Source of the DNA: Yuukianura sp. NJ FZ-2021
Lineage: Eukaryota
DNA length: 64,000 nt
Assembly (NCBI GenBank): GCA_046563655.1
Contig: CM102286.1
Location: forward strand, 12,586,001-12,650,000
Direction: 5' to 3'
The notes under the pieces: generated by a model
The model's database searches: none
The model's input: the letters and a program-made list of their open reading frames with translations, nothing else
Told to the model about the DNA's origin: nothing
Part shown: positions 41,501-55,199 of the stretch, in pieces
How the letters are laid out: each line of letters opens with the position of its first letter
Position numbering within the stretch: the stretch's first letter is position 1
Position numbers and translations under genes: made by a program

Positions 41501-43823
41501 TCCAAGTGAATTCTTTGCAATTACACTTTCCAGTATTCCACGACCCAATTCTTCCTAAGGTTTTCACTTTAACTTTTGCGTTGTTATTCGCCTTCCAGGA
41601 AGTTCGTCCAGAAAAGCATAAAGTTAAGGACAAGCAGCGTTTTCTTATCGGTGTTGGACATGAGTCATTTTCACTTTCTCCTTAAAAAGCTGACGAGATG
41701 AGGAAAGTTTGAATGGAGAGATACAGAAAAAAGAAAAACGGAAGCTGGTTTGCTTCCCAGCGTTCAAGCGATTCCATCTGAACAGGATAGTGTCATATCC
41801 CAGAGATTTCCTGAACTTTGGGAGGGTGCTACGGGGCAAAACAGGAAGTAGAGCTTGAGCGAAAGGACAAACCATTCCAGTGCAATTCCATTAAGGAAAG
41901 AACGAACTCCGTTTTTGGCTGGATCATTTCCTTCAAGTACTAACGTTGTCTGAGGCGGGAGTGCTCATTGACATGAATCCCCCATTCTCTTTTTTCCCGC
42001 CCTTACTTTCTCCAAGTACTTCTTCACTCCAATCTTACATCCAGATCCTAACAGAGATCTTATGATTTGCAGTAAGACCATTTCAAAGGAAGATGCGAGG
42101 GAGAACGTTCGAATCGTCCATGTTTCCGGATTTCACCCTCTACGTTTTTTTACTGGCCTGACTGCCTGTGTTTTTGTTTATTCAATCTTACCCAACTCAA
42201 CTCGTAAAACAGCAAATAATGCTTCATACTAAAAAGATGTCCAACAAAACCAAAACAAGATTTCGATTCAAAACTGTTGACACATAAACTCCATTTGTCT
42301 TGTATGTATCTCCCTTGAAACCTCTCCAAAATTAGCAGCAAACGCCAAATCATCACAAACCAAAGATTTCCACTTTGTTGAAAACAACGCTACGATGAAA
42401 ACATCGAAGAAGTTGCAAAATATAAAACCTCCAAAAGGATTTAAAAGTACAGGCTATGATTAGCACGCAAATTACTAAAAGCATTTTGGGACAGACCGAC
42501 ACACACCGAAGGAAAAGAGGTTGGTCGTTTTCCAACTTGTGACTTCTGTAAGTTGAAGTTTTCTTCTGCTATTTAGGGAAAGAAAATACGTTTAGTAATA
42601 ATCATTTCTTTAAACTAACTTAAGTAAAACCTATCCCAAGTCAAAGTAAAGTCCAACTTATTTCCATCATTAGAATTTCATACTTCCAGCTGTGCATTAC
42701 AGCGTCATCTAAACAAAAGTAGAGATGAGGGTGCATGTCGCCAAAATGAACTTTTAAGCTTTATTACTCAACGGCAGCTTTCTTCATTCCTTTCTCCTAA
42801 AAGACGACTTTCTCTTTCCCGACCTATTGTTTTCCCCGTCTTAACTGAATTTCCACATCTTTTGAATATGAGGCAGTAGAGTAAACCGCAACTAATGGCC
42901 ACCGAACCCTTTCCTTTTCTTGCCTAATGCTCCTGCACAGGAAGTTAACATTACAACTTGGCATAGAGCCCTACTGCCTTGATTACTAAACAGGAGTAAA
43001 ACATTGGGTCTTGACAGCTTGCGAAATCCATCTCAAAAACTTTCTCGAAACGGCTCTGCTCATTTCGAATTCCAGGCGCCAAACCGAAATTCGCAAAACG
43101 TTTTACCACATAAAGACGTTTCCCGTTAATTAACTTCTACGCTTTTCGCTACTTTTGGAATATAAAAAAAATCAAGTGTGTTTAACCGTAGAAATTATTC
43201 AGAGCAGAGCCCAATCATTACTGAACTGCAAGTTGAATGGAGTTTTAAATTTACGACTAAAACTCCGATTCCAAAATTAAGTTGTCCCAGAGTTAAAGTG
43301 TCCTGCAGACAAACAGGCAGACGGACTCGGGAAAGAACATAAAGTAACAAACTAACTTTCTCTACTTAATAATAAATAATGAAACGAAGTCACTACTGTA
43401 ATGTGGTAACTTTGAAATAATCCAAAACCAAACAAACGCCAATTCCTTAAACTTATTTTGCACAGTCTTTGGACTGGCTTCGAGTTGCCAGAGACTCATA
43501 AAGTCCATATAAAATAATAATTTGCTTATACACAGCTTAACGTTAAGTAAATTGTGCCCACTCTTACGTTTTACTCAAAAACAATTGACAATTATTAGTA
43601 TGAACGTAATTCATTGGAAAAAACTACGACATAAGTTACAAACACACTTCTAATACCAATTTAGAACCCATTTAAAAGACATTTGCTTCAATCAAAAATA
43701 TCTTTACGACTAATTAACTCTAAACTCTCTAGATTAAAAATGAGCAATATAGCTTGCCTAAAACTGAGCAAAAGCCATTACTATAACAAAAAGATAAGTT
43801 CATTGCAACTTTTAAGTGAAAAG

Positions 43824-43954
43824 GTAAAAACTTTTTTCTTTTAACTATTTTCAAAATTGTTTTTAAAAATAGTATTTGTCAAATTCCAAACACTGAAAAT
43901 CAAACTTTCAGATTAGAGGAAGGTTGTGCCCGTAATTTTTTTTCTTGAATTCAG
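43824..43954 (+). other. Candidate 5'-UTR intron (131 nt) of the AetD-like gene
   Basis: AAG|GTAAAA donor at 43824 and TTTTTTTTCTTGAATTCAG| acceptor ending 43954, 20 nt before the ATG. Confidence 0.45.
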
Positions 43955-43974
43955 TTACTACATTTTCTGGCAAC

Positions 43975-44822
43975 ATGAACCGCGTCCTACATTTCATTGA
44001 GAAACAAGCTGAAATAGCATCAAACCATGAATTCATCCTTTGGTTAAAAAACGCCGAAGAAAGTCCACAACAAAAGTTGAAAGCGTTCATTCCCGGCATA
44101 ATTTACTTTGCATTTGGATTTCGTGATTGGATTGTCCACAGTGTCAGAGTAATTCGCAATTGACTCTCCCTTTTAAAACTTTTGTTGAAAGAGTGATTTC
44201 AACAAAAGCAGAGTACGAATGGAACTTTTTATTTATTTTTTTTTTGTTTAAGTATCCATCAGAAGATGCCAAAGCTGATGAATTAAAAGCAGCCATCAAT
44301 GAACACTGCATGGAAGACAGCAATCACTGGCCATGGCTACTCCAGGACATCAAAACTCTAGAATCCAATGGCCTGCTAAACTGGACAACTGCCCTTAAAT
44401 TTTTGTTTGGGCGTGCAAACGAAAGCCAACGAATTGGTCACTACGATTTGATCAAACTAACCGAAAGAACTACCGACCCCGTCCATCGCTACTGCCTCAT
44501 TTCTGCTTTCGAAAGCATCAGTCACAAACTTTTCTCAACTTTAACAGACTTGAGCAACCAATTCGAAGCGGAAACTGGGGAAAAATTGTTATACTTGGGA
44601 CAAACACATCTGGATAGAGAAGAAGGTCACCTCGAATGTAATCCCACGGAATCCGAATTGGAACAAATGATTTGGAAAAGAGACATTCCGGAAGATCAGG
44701 TCAATGAAATTTTGGAAATTGTCCAAAACGTAGCTCATATAATGAACAACTTATGGACTGGTTGTCTTCAGCTCGCAAAAGACTCTGATAAATTCGCAAA
44801 ACTTAGTAACTCAATGGAATGA
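43975..44822 (+). CDS. AetD-like heme-oxygenase-like diiron oxidase (HDO superfamily), 247 aa; join(43975..44148,44253..44822)
   Basis: ATG at 43975, donor AGA|GTAATT at 44149, acceptor TTTATTTTTTTTTTGTTTAAG|TAT at 44252, TGA at 44820-44822. The spliced protein reads MNRVLHFIEKQ...FAFGFRDWIVHSVR/YPSED...INEHCMEDSNHWPWLLQDIKTL...ALKFLF...ISAFES...LLYLGQTHLDREEGH. It aligns end to end with AetD as recalled (FALNFRD; INIHTQEDAKHWEWFLNDL; ALRFVW; IEAMET; YLYVADSHVEVETGH). Putative ligands are D80, H83, E145, H177, E181, H184. Confidence 0.9.
44149..44252 (+). other. 104-nt phase-0 spliceosomal intron of the AetD-like gene
   Basis: GT...AG with a long T tract before the AG. Its length is not a multiple of 3, which explains why the two halves appear as separate ORFs (43945..44163 and 44127..44822) in different frames. 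Confidence 0.85.
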
Positions 44823-44913
44823 ACCAAACTAAAAATTTGCAACTAGATCTTAAAGTGTTCTTAAAAATTTAAAATCAAAAAGCAAAAACTACTGAAAAGA
44901 AAACTACTCGCCA

Positions 44914-44919
44914 AATAAA
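44914..44919 (+). promoter_or_regulatory. Polyadenylation signal AATAAA of the AetD-like gene
   Basis: AATAAA about 90 nt downstream of the stop codon, followed by T-rich sequence. Confidence 0.55.
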
Positions 44920-47900
44920 AACCTGAAATCTGCTAGCCAAATCATAGTTTTTTTAAGTCGAAATTTGAAAAAAAAATTTAATTTTATCTCCTCCAGTCTC
45001 AACTCTCGCTGTGTTCTATAACTTAACGAAAAACTAATTAAAAAACTACGGGAAATGTATTTAAGTAATTCGAAAATCCAATCGACAATCCTAACGTTTT
45101 CCTTTTTTTTTGTTTTACTTTGACGAAAAATAAGAATAAACTGTGTACTTTTCCATCTCCTGGCGCTTCCTCCACACTTTCTTTTGTTCTCTATCGCTAA
45201 CGTTCCTTTGTTTGCAAATCCTAATTTAGGAATTTCTAAATACTTGCGAACAAGTCATTTGCGACAGTCTTTGACAAAGGGAGCGAGACGCCGTTCCGAC
45301 AACTAAACTTATTTGACTCACAGTTTGTTTGCTCATCTACCTTTCATCATCTAAAGATGAGATTCAAGGGAAGAAGATGAAACTCAGGAGGCAAATATCC
45401 AAATGGCTCCCACTAAAGTCAACACAGAGACGAAACCAAACCAACAACGGTGGATTTCCTGCATTTCCTAGAGCGGAAACGACTTTGTCTTTTGCATTTC
45501 TTTACACAAGCTCACTGCCAAATTCATGGTTCCAAATGTACAAATTTAGAAGGAAACTTCTCTTCTGGAAACCAATTCTTACGAGTCAATGACACCCAGA
45601 GTCCTTCCAAATGACTCGCAATGGTCAATCGCCCCTACACCGTATTGTATAACTTCCGAATGGCTCAAGTCATAAAAGCACATCATCCAATCCATGGATA
45701 CAAAGTAAACCATCTCCCAGTGCTAGTTCTAAGCAAAGCAAATTTCAGCGCTACACTGGAAGTACATGTTTCGATTTCAAAATAGCATAGAAAAACAAAT
45801 CTTGGCCCTAGCAGTAGTCGTAAAATCCGACTGTTGCCACTACCGTATTCAAACAATTCCGAATTCAGATGAACAGCGTTTTTACACGTAAAATCAATCC
45901 GTCTTCTGCTAAATTTCATTTCAAAATGAACATCTCCAGATTTCCCAAGTCCCCTAAACAAAAATTCCACCATTCGCATTTCACCTGCTTTGTTTTTTCA
46001 CTTACTTTCCATGTTTCAAATTTACAAATCAAAAACAAAATCCAAAATCAATATAAATTTTGTTCCTGACATAAACTTTTACGAATTTTTAAAGACTTTT
46101 TCGATATGAAAATTAGGTCTAAAACTTAATGGTGTAAAGTTTCTTTAAAATTCCGTAAACTGAACTTTCGGAAGTGAATGAGGCTGAAAACTCCGAAAAT
46201 CGGGGAAACTGAATAAGACGAGAAAAGCGGCGCGTGTGACTGAAAGAAAGTGGATCATCTCCAAATCCTAGGGATTCACTATCTCAACACGTACTTTGGT
46301 TCCTGCCACTTCCCTTTTTCCCTAAATTAAAAGCAATACATCAGGCAAATGCTGCTGCAGCATCCAACATTTCACATCTTCATCCGCTTCCGTCGATAGA
46401 ATCTCTCTCCCTGTCCTATTCCATATCCATCCCACTTTGTAATTAAGTACGCCAAACAATCCCAAACCTCATCTAGAACAGTCCAATCCCTCTGCGTTAC
46501 GACAGTTGAAGGCGCGTGTACGTGCTTTCCCTTTCAAAATTTTCTCACCCAACGCTTAACTTATTCCGTGGGTCGACCACTTTCACTTTCCAAATTATGC
46601 TTTCTTCCGCCCTCCAGGAAATAAGCCTCCAGAACTAATAACCAAATTGAAAGCGGTTCTGATACAATTACGCAATTTTTCAGCGGCGTTCTTGGCCCTT
46701 AGCGGCCATGCGCCTGCCGAGAACCTTTTGTCCACTTTTATATTGAAATGACGCCTGCGCATTTGCCGAGGCATAAACATCCTGCCACACAACCTCCCGA
46801 GATTTATTGTCCTCGTTAATTGAATATCATATGAATGGAAGAATCAGTAATGGACATAAATCAGAGGCCAAATAGAACGAAAGCCAGACCCTCCTCCTCT
46901 TTCTCCCTGGACCACGGACAAAATGTCTCTATAGACCTAAGCAGTTCATGTACAGTAAGCAGCAGTCAGAGCCCTTTTTTCAAAAACTGTTTTTCAAAAT
47001 GTACTCCCGCGCTTATTCAAACTTCGGAGGCTTAGCCCGCTTCAGTCAAAACTCAAAAGTGGTTGTTGGGGGTGCATCGGACACCGTTCAATAAAATCCA
47101 TATGTGTGCTCTATTATTATCCTTCGGCTGTTCTTAATAAAGCAACAAGAGAAATCTCTGGATGGGATTATCTGGGATGCTTGCCTTCAATACTGTCAGA
47201 TCACAGAGTTAGGTTAAACCGAACCGGGTTTTGTGTACTCTGGACCATTTACCTTTAAGCTTTTCCTTGTTCAGGGGGCCCTTAAAGTGCTGTCGACAGC
47301 TGCCCTACTTGCACCCTTGGTCCTTAAACTCCCCAAAGGGATCCCTGGTTCAACAATGCCAAATAGGGAACAATGAAACGATCTTCTCTGCCATAATTTG
47401 AGGAGTGTTGAAAGGAGATATAACATTTAAATAGAAACCCGGGAAAAAAGGTTTCCAACAAAAGTGGGACTTAAAACCCTCAAATTCTCCGTAAATGACA
47501 AGGAAGCATCACTTCCACTAACCTAAATTTGGTTCGAAAATCTCCTACCTAGTGCGTAAGCTTTACTCGTACAACTTTTGTGAAGCGGGAAGGCGGAGAC
47601 AGGAAACCAATTCAAAAATTATCCCAAATTTTTGAACAACAATGGCTTCAACTCATCAAGCTTCGTTGATTCCCTAACATCTCAATGAAGGTGCATACTT
47701 GTCCAGCATGTACCGCCTGCAACACAAAACACAATGCCATCCGACCCATCAACAAAACGTAGTGCTTCGGTGCGTTTGTGAATATTTACGCATCAGCGCA
47801 TGAGCAGCGCCTTTTTCAAACCCCTGGTCCCCACGGACTTAATTTAGACATTAGTTCTCATTATGTTTCGTCCCAAGTGAAAAAGGAAAGGCCTAATGGA

Positions 47901-50900
47901 AAAATTGTCCAAAATTTTGAATAATAATTTTTTGGAAAACCGCAGTGTGTTCTCGCCTCCTTCATCACTACATGCTGGAGGGGATGAAAACGGTTTCATC
48001 TCTAGAGAAAAAGAATTGTTCAGAACGAACTAGGAATTGAATTTTCCCGCTCCCTATCTCCTTCCATTTTACAATTTCTCGGATTCAAAACTTTCGGAAT
48101 CCAGAAAACACCCTTCCAGAAACTATCTGTATCGCTCGTGAACATTAAATGTCTCCCAAAAGTTGTAACTCGCTGAGCAGTTTCACCCTCCAGCAAAACT
48201 TATCATTCTCACCGCTTTCTTCAATAGTTACTCCCTCCACTTCCAAAATCCTTTACTCTCTCCCTCCCAAAAATAACTTCCAATTGCTGTTTCTCCTTTT
48301 TCTTTTAACAATTCAATCATAGAGATCCAGGATAAACTCCCACCAAAAAAACTTCAGTATCCACATATCCCTCTCTCAAAACTTTCTCCACCATAAAAAA
48401 CACTTTCCCCAACCCCTGGAGATCTCTGTCCGCAGTTCCAACTTTTGATTCTTTCCAACACTTTCCAAAGAACTACTTTTTATTCTAATTTAAATTGTTC
48501 AAAAAACTACGAAAATCCACTTTCAAAAAACGAAAATCCACTTCTATCAAAAATCCTCCTTCCTGTTCCTGGTCAAAATGCCCAAAAGGAATTGGATTGG
48601 AATCAAGCATAGATAGATTTTTAAACATTCACTTCCAGATGAAACGAAAATCTAAATCCGCTGCGTCATGATTTTGTTCTTTGATTTCATCCTCATCCTA
48701 ACTCTGGTTTCTGGCCACTCCTTTGTCATTTGTCAAAAATTGAATTGTCACTCCGCTTCCGAATTACAAAGCACAAAATCAAGTGGATGGAAACTAAAAA
48801 GTATTTAACAAGCAGAAAATTACAGTATAGTATACCACCTTAGCCTCCAGACCTGAAATTAGAATAAGGGCCCCCTAACTATCTTTAAAATAACAAAGGA
48901 ATAAGGATCCAAAATTCCAATCCGGATTCCACCAACAATCAAAGCTTTTCCTCCATTTCGCCCCGAGAGTTCCATCTCGTTAAAACATATAGATAGTTAC
49001 TCCCTTCATCCAAAATTTCTGTCATTTCGAATTCAAAACACATTCAATTCTCTTAGATTGGATTGACAAAGGATCTGTTACTACAACAACATTCACAGAA
49101 TTGAACAAAATCTCAAAATCATCTTCTGGATGCTGAGGGTGGCGGGTGAGAGTGACACGTCTGATATCCTTTTCAAAAGAGCCTGAAAGTGTCATCTTTC
49201 CTCCCTCATAATGACATTATCTTGAGAAAGTCAAAGTGCAGTGTTTTCTCTTCTTCTGTTTTCAAATGTTTCTAAATCCAATTTTAACATGCTAAAAACA
49301 GTTCTGACGAGAGTGCTGACTTTGCCAAGCCACTTTTGACTTTTGAAATCAAATCATTTCATCTAGACTCGTCTCCTACAAGAAGAAAGAAGGCAGAGTG
49401 TTGGTTCATTTCAAGTGAAAGCGCCCATTTTCAATTATAATGCAAATTCAGAACTACTCCTCTCTCTCGTCCTGGGTACGAATCGTTTCAAAGTGTGTAC
49501 AGGAGGAAAAGGCAGCAGGAAATTGAAGAAAGGAATTGAATAGGAGAGAAACCACAGAAATACAAAAGAAAATTTAAACCGAAGAGTAGATTCCCCTCCT
49601 TCCGCAGTACTCTGTTGAGAGCTTATCAATATTCCGCATCACATCGTCCGTCATCTTCTAACACGACGAGGACGAGGAAGCGACGAGTCAACTTTGCATG
49701 TTCGCGCCGTCCAAAAAAATGTCAGAATTCAAAAAGAAACGCACCAACTCATACTCAGATCGTTTTTCCCTTCAGCGCTGCTCACGCTTAAAAATTACGT
49801 TTAGAAAACGAGGAGAGACAGCAGAATAGGATAGTGTAGTAAAAGTTTTATGCATTTTTGCGCTTTACAAACACAAAAACACAATGCATTTTACTTCGTA
49901 TTCAATTCATCTGAGGAACCTACAACTTTTCCAACGCTTACTCGTATGTCAAATCGCTTCTAAAAAGTTAGAACTTTCAGGAAGCCAACTCATCATCTTC
50001 CCCCGACAGCAAATCGTGTTTGGCAAAGCAAAAGAAAGCTACGGAGGGAGCAATGAAAATTTCCCGGCTTTTTTAGAACTTAACATTTTCTTCCTTTCCT
50101 CGTTTCCACTTGGGAGTCTTTCAATTATAGTGAAAAGCACAAGGAGACTTCTTCTTTTTAGCATCAACTGAATATTTTTCACTCTCCAGAGAACTCGAGT
50201 AGGAACCAAATGTATGAAAAGGAGAACAAAGTGAACGGATTCAGGCGATGGCATAATTGAAAATGAATAGAGATATCTTCAAGTTTAGAAATTGGAATTG
50301 CATATTGTCTACTCCGCTGCTCCTCCAGTACTCGAGAATGCAAAATTCAAACAATAGTTAGCTTTGTCATCATCATTTGGAAGCATCTTCCCACTCCTCC
50401 TAGTACAACTTCCTGTTTAAAATACTGAAAAAGAACAATAGGTCTATCAGTCCAGTACAAGAGTGTCAAACTACCCAGCAGCAGCACAACTCAACTGTCA
50501 GAACCAAACGGAACAACGAAAGAGACAAAAGAAAATTAGGATTCCCATCAGCACAGGACCAAATAATAGGGAAAAAAGAAAAACAAAAGAAATTATTCGA
50601 CTGGGAGTTGTGTTTTGTTTGCGTTTTTGAACAGACAAGAGATTGTTCGTTTTTAGCTAAAACATCAATCTATCGTATTTGCTTTTCACTTAACAAGCAT
50701 GAAGAGGGAGAAAAGCTAAAAACAATATGAAAAAACAATGGAAACTGGAAAATACAAAGTTGTTGCAGAGCGAAAAGTGATATTTGCAATTATCTGTTAC
50801 ACACGAAATTCTTATTTTTCGATAGAAATACTACATTTAATTGTTTGCTGTAACAGAGCAGAACTTTTCACCCTCAATTTCGTCATATTTTATTTAAAAT

Positions 50901-53900
50901 TTAATTACACACAGAACTCACTGCCTTTATCATTGCAAAATCAATTCGCAGATCCGAATTTTGGGATTTGGAAAAAACCCGTACAGCAAAAACTGGCAGA
51001 ATTTTGAAAAATCTAAAATCACGCGACCTTTTCAACATAGCTTGAACTTCTGGAGAAAGTTTGAAACTGGGTTCGCGAGGGGTCATGACATGCGTTTAAA
51101 GCCTAACAGCATTCACAACTTTCACTCTGCAGAAAGTGAAAGCAGTTCCCCCTATTTTCCCTCGGCAGAAACACTTTCACCCTAACATCATTTGATTCCT
51201 AAGTGACTCAAGCACTAAAAGCTGTCGCTGCTGTGAAAAACAAAACCACCCTGCTTCACCGCACTTCCACCAAAACAATTCAAAATTACGAAACCGACAA
51301 ACATGAAAATGTCGAATTTTACATCTCAGCACCAGAAATATGTTCAACTAAATAACACGCAAAGGAGAGGCAAATTCCGATGTTTTATTCTGACGCTTCA
51401 TTATTTCCCTGCTTTCAAATTGTTGTTCGGATTTTCCGCCTCTGAGCTTTGAGTTCAACTCAATCTTACTTTCAATCATATGGGTTCCATATGAAAACTT
51501 CACATAAATGAAATCTTTGAAAAGCGGGAGACTGATGTGGTTCAAAGGGCTAGGAATGTTCATTTCGTTCACTTGTTCCCTCCGAATGAAAGTAGTAAAT
51601 ACCCGAATCATAGCAGGATGACGCTTCTCATTTAACTCTCTTCACCGAATCCCATTCGTAGATCACAATTTCAATTCAATACAAATTCCAGTATGGCTTG
51701 TTCGAAGTATCAACAAAAACTCTCAGCTTACAGCACCATAACTTTCCAACCTAGCATTAAAGAAGCAACTCCGTTGAACCCTTCTTGTTCCGCTAAATAA
51801 GCTCATGGTATGACAAATTGGTTCTGCCAAGTAAAATGCACCATTTAACATTTTCATTTCGAATTACTCAATCCGCCTGCGCCATCGAGTCCACCATCAC
51901 CATTCGCCACCACACCTATTATACAAAAATCTTAATTTGGTGCAAGCGATTTTAATTTAGTAACTCTTTCTCGATTGCAAAAACACGTGTTGTCAATTTA
52001 AAACAATGATCCGTAAAAATGATTCAATATTTTAGTAAAAAGTAATGTCCAAGAAAAGAGGCTTGAGATATCGATTGTTCTTTGACCTCAAAGGACTTAT
52101 AACACGATCAGAGGTCAAGGTCATCCAAATTTTGCGCTAGAATCTACAAAAAATCATCTTACGAAACTTGCATATATCGCCTTTGGGAGAAGTTTTTTTC
52201 TAAAGTGTTTATACAGTTTACGTTATTAAGTTTTAACCCAAAGTGCATGGAATCTCCAGCGGTTAGAAGAGTTGTCTTCCCGCAGCAGCGCCCAGGAAAG
52301 AAAATGAAAAAGATAATTAAATGTCATATTGATTCGCTTCGTTCCCAACTGAGACCTCTACGTAAAAAACTTTAGAACGAAAAGCACGACGCATATAAAG
52401 TACGAAATGGTGTGCATATATTTTAATCTCAAAGCCCCTCCAACCACCCTTCCTGTCAAGGGAATTAAAACTTTCTCTGCGGTAACGATATTAAACTTTT
52501 CACTTTTCATTCACCCCCTGCAGCTCCAGCTCCCAAAAACTAGGTTACCGATCCCCATACTTTAATCAAATCGACGTTCAGTTTTAGGTCCAGCTTGAAC
52601 ACAACATTGTGCCAAAATATTTAAAAATTCAAATCTCTACCAACAAAAACACAGTCCAAATCCGAAACAGCTTTCCTTCCAAAACATCAAACTCTGTACA
52701 CTCTTTGTCGAAACTTTTGAAATAATCCCCCCAACATTAATTTCACACACAACACTCCATTACTTTTATTTCCAAAAGTTAATCTAATGTAAAGAAATTT
52801 TAGTTTATGACGATTTCGACCAAGTTTCAAATGGTTTTTGGCTCTTATAAACCCATTTTAATATTTGTCGCATCATAAGTTACAATTTCAATGTTACGGT
52901 TCCCTTCACTTTCCTCAAAAGCGACAAAAACCAAGTTATTTCCAAAAACCAAGATTTGGTCAAGGAAAAAGTTAACAATTCCATAAGTTCCAAAAATTAT
53001 TTTCCGCTGTGTAACTCTCTTTCCAGCGGAGTTACTTCATCACGATTTATTCGACATTTTAGCTTTCTCTTTCTCTCTCCTTCCAAAAAACCCTTGACTT
53101 TAAGAACATGCTCTCCACTTTGTCTGAATTGAAGAAATGGAATGTCGCAAAAGGCAATGTTTCCCCATAACCTGCTTAATGTTCCGAAACTAACACACCA
53201 ATTTTTAGCTCTGCTTGACAGGACATTAAGTCTCTGGTGTTGAGTTCTTCTGTTGGAGAGTCGCCATCCATGAAACTACATCTTAGATTCCAATCTGTCT
53301 CACCGAGCACCCGCTTTTCTACACAATCTACAAAATCTGGAACCTCCAACAACTAAAAAAAAAGTGACTGGCGGCGGAAGTGAGGATATTAGGACCCCGT
53401 GGCCGAATCAAGAAAATGTCATTCGGAAAAGCTTCTGCTGCGCTCTCTGAGCTGCTATAGATGAAGTCGGTTAGTAATTAGACGCAGTCGGACGTAAAAA
53501 GGCAAACGGCTCACACAGTCTTTGACAAGTCAAAGAAAGCGTTTCATTTGCTTTCAGTTTTTGTATTGCTTCAACCCTTTGAATGTGGAACAATAGAACA
53601 TACTAGGAACAATGCCAAGGGAACAGCAGAAAGCGAAGTGAAACCGAAAGCTCAGCCAATGTAAGCAACTCTGAACCTATTTGATTTGCCTCGCAGCTAT
53701 TTTCGGTTTGTTCCGAGACTTAGTCAGCAACTAATTAACTTCCCGCTTGCTGACAGCTTTGATAAATGTACAATTTTCAAATGGCCTCCATCCTCTTTCC
53801 TGTTCAAACTCAAAAGGCACTCAAGGAACGCGTAATTGGAGCTTCGTTTGGAGGGCTTTTGGAAAATGGAGGTCACTTCTATTCTTAATAAACAAAAAGT

Positions 53901-55199
53901 ACCACCACCAGGCAGCCACAAGGAGACTTCCCTCCAAGGTCTTTTAAAATATTAAAACCCTGTTATTACTCTAAAATGTTCGCCATTTGTTAAGTGTTCT
54001 CTCCGAGTTTTAGTAACTACACAAAATTAAAATGAAACTTTTACTAGAACCGCCTTAAAAAAGTTTTAGTTACAGAATGAGATGAATGACCCCATGAAAG
54101 GTGACCCAGAAATCACCTCTGGAGCTCCCCTTTAATTAAAAACTGAGGAGAATAATGAAGAGGGAGGAGGAAGGAAACTTTGTTTGTACTTTTTCAGAGA
54201 GAGACAAAAGATAAGAGCGGGAAGAGCAAGTCAAGGACTTTCTCCTGTGCTGAAACTACTTCTGGGAAAGGCAGAGTCGCAGGAGGAGTAAGTTTCCTTA
54301 ATGGAACTACCACACAATTTCTGTGTACACCTATAAAACTTCCAGGAACTTCATCCAGAGTGACACTTTTCATCAGCAGCGTCGCAGCGGAGGAAGCGTA
54401 GGGTAACACAGGAACCTAGCTAACTTCCAAACGTTAATTAGAACAAACGCCATCTTGAATCATGATTCCCGCCAAAATGAAACCTTGTTATTTCTATTTT
54501 ACTGTAGTGTATCAATGTCTCAATTTCCAGTCAGCTCATTTCCCTTGACAAGTTCTCAGAATCTGACACACGGCAAAAGTACCACAATCCTATCCAAAAT
54601 TTCCAAGAAAATGAAAACTGAGACATGGAAAGTGTCAGTTCATTATGTTCTAACACACATAACAAAACCTAACCAAGCGTAACACACTTCCAGTTGGTTA
54701 ATTATCTTCCAGCTCTAGTTTGTGTTGAAGTAAGCAACCGCACATCTATACCTCACTCTTCCAGGTCACGACTTCCAAGTTGTCCAAAGTTGTCAAAATA
54801 CAACCAATGAACCAAGCACAACCCGAGGAACTTCACAATAAACAGCAGCACACGCAGATAATTGGACTGAAACATGTCTCTCATACAGATCAAAGTAAGT
54901 GGACTTTCACTCCTGGTCACAAAACTTGATCTCTCACACTTCCTTACTTCAACCAACCCTGCACAGAACGCAGGAAAGTGAAACCTTCTCAAACAATGCT
55001 TAATTTCCCAGCGTCGAAAGTCACAAAAATTCCATTTTTATAACCTCCAGGAACAAAAAACTTAAAAACTTCTCTACCCTATGGGAAAAAGCCCAAGACT
55101 TTCGGAGCGGTTCCAATTAACGGAGCCGGGAAATAAATGTGTCGAGAGGGGATATTTTCTGGATATCTTACGACGGTGGCCCATCCCAATATTGTCATT

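Noticed and set aside
44127..44252. N-terminus of the 231-aa ORF (MDCPQCQ...FLFIFFLFK) with apparent CxxC and hydrophobic patch
   Set aside because: It is out-of-frame exon 1 plus intron read-through; the hydrophobic patch is the polypyrimidine tract.
51348..51730. LRVFVDTSNKPY and SPLNHISLP resemble BEL/Pao RNase H motifs
   Set aside because: Different frames, spacing longer than expected and similarity too weak to support.
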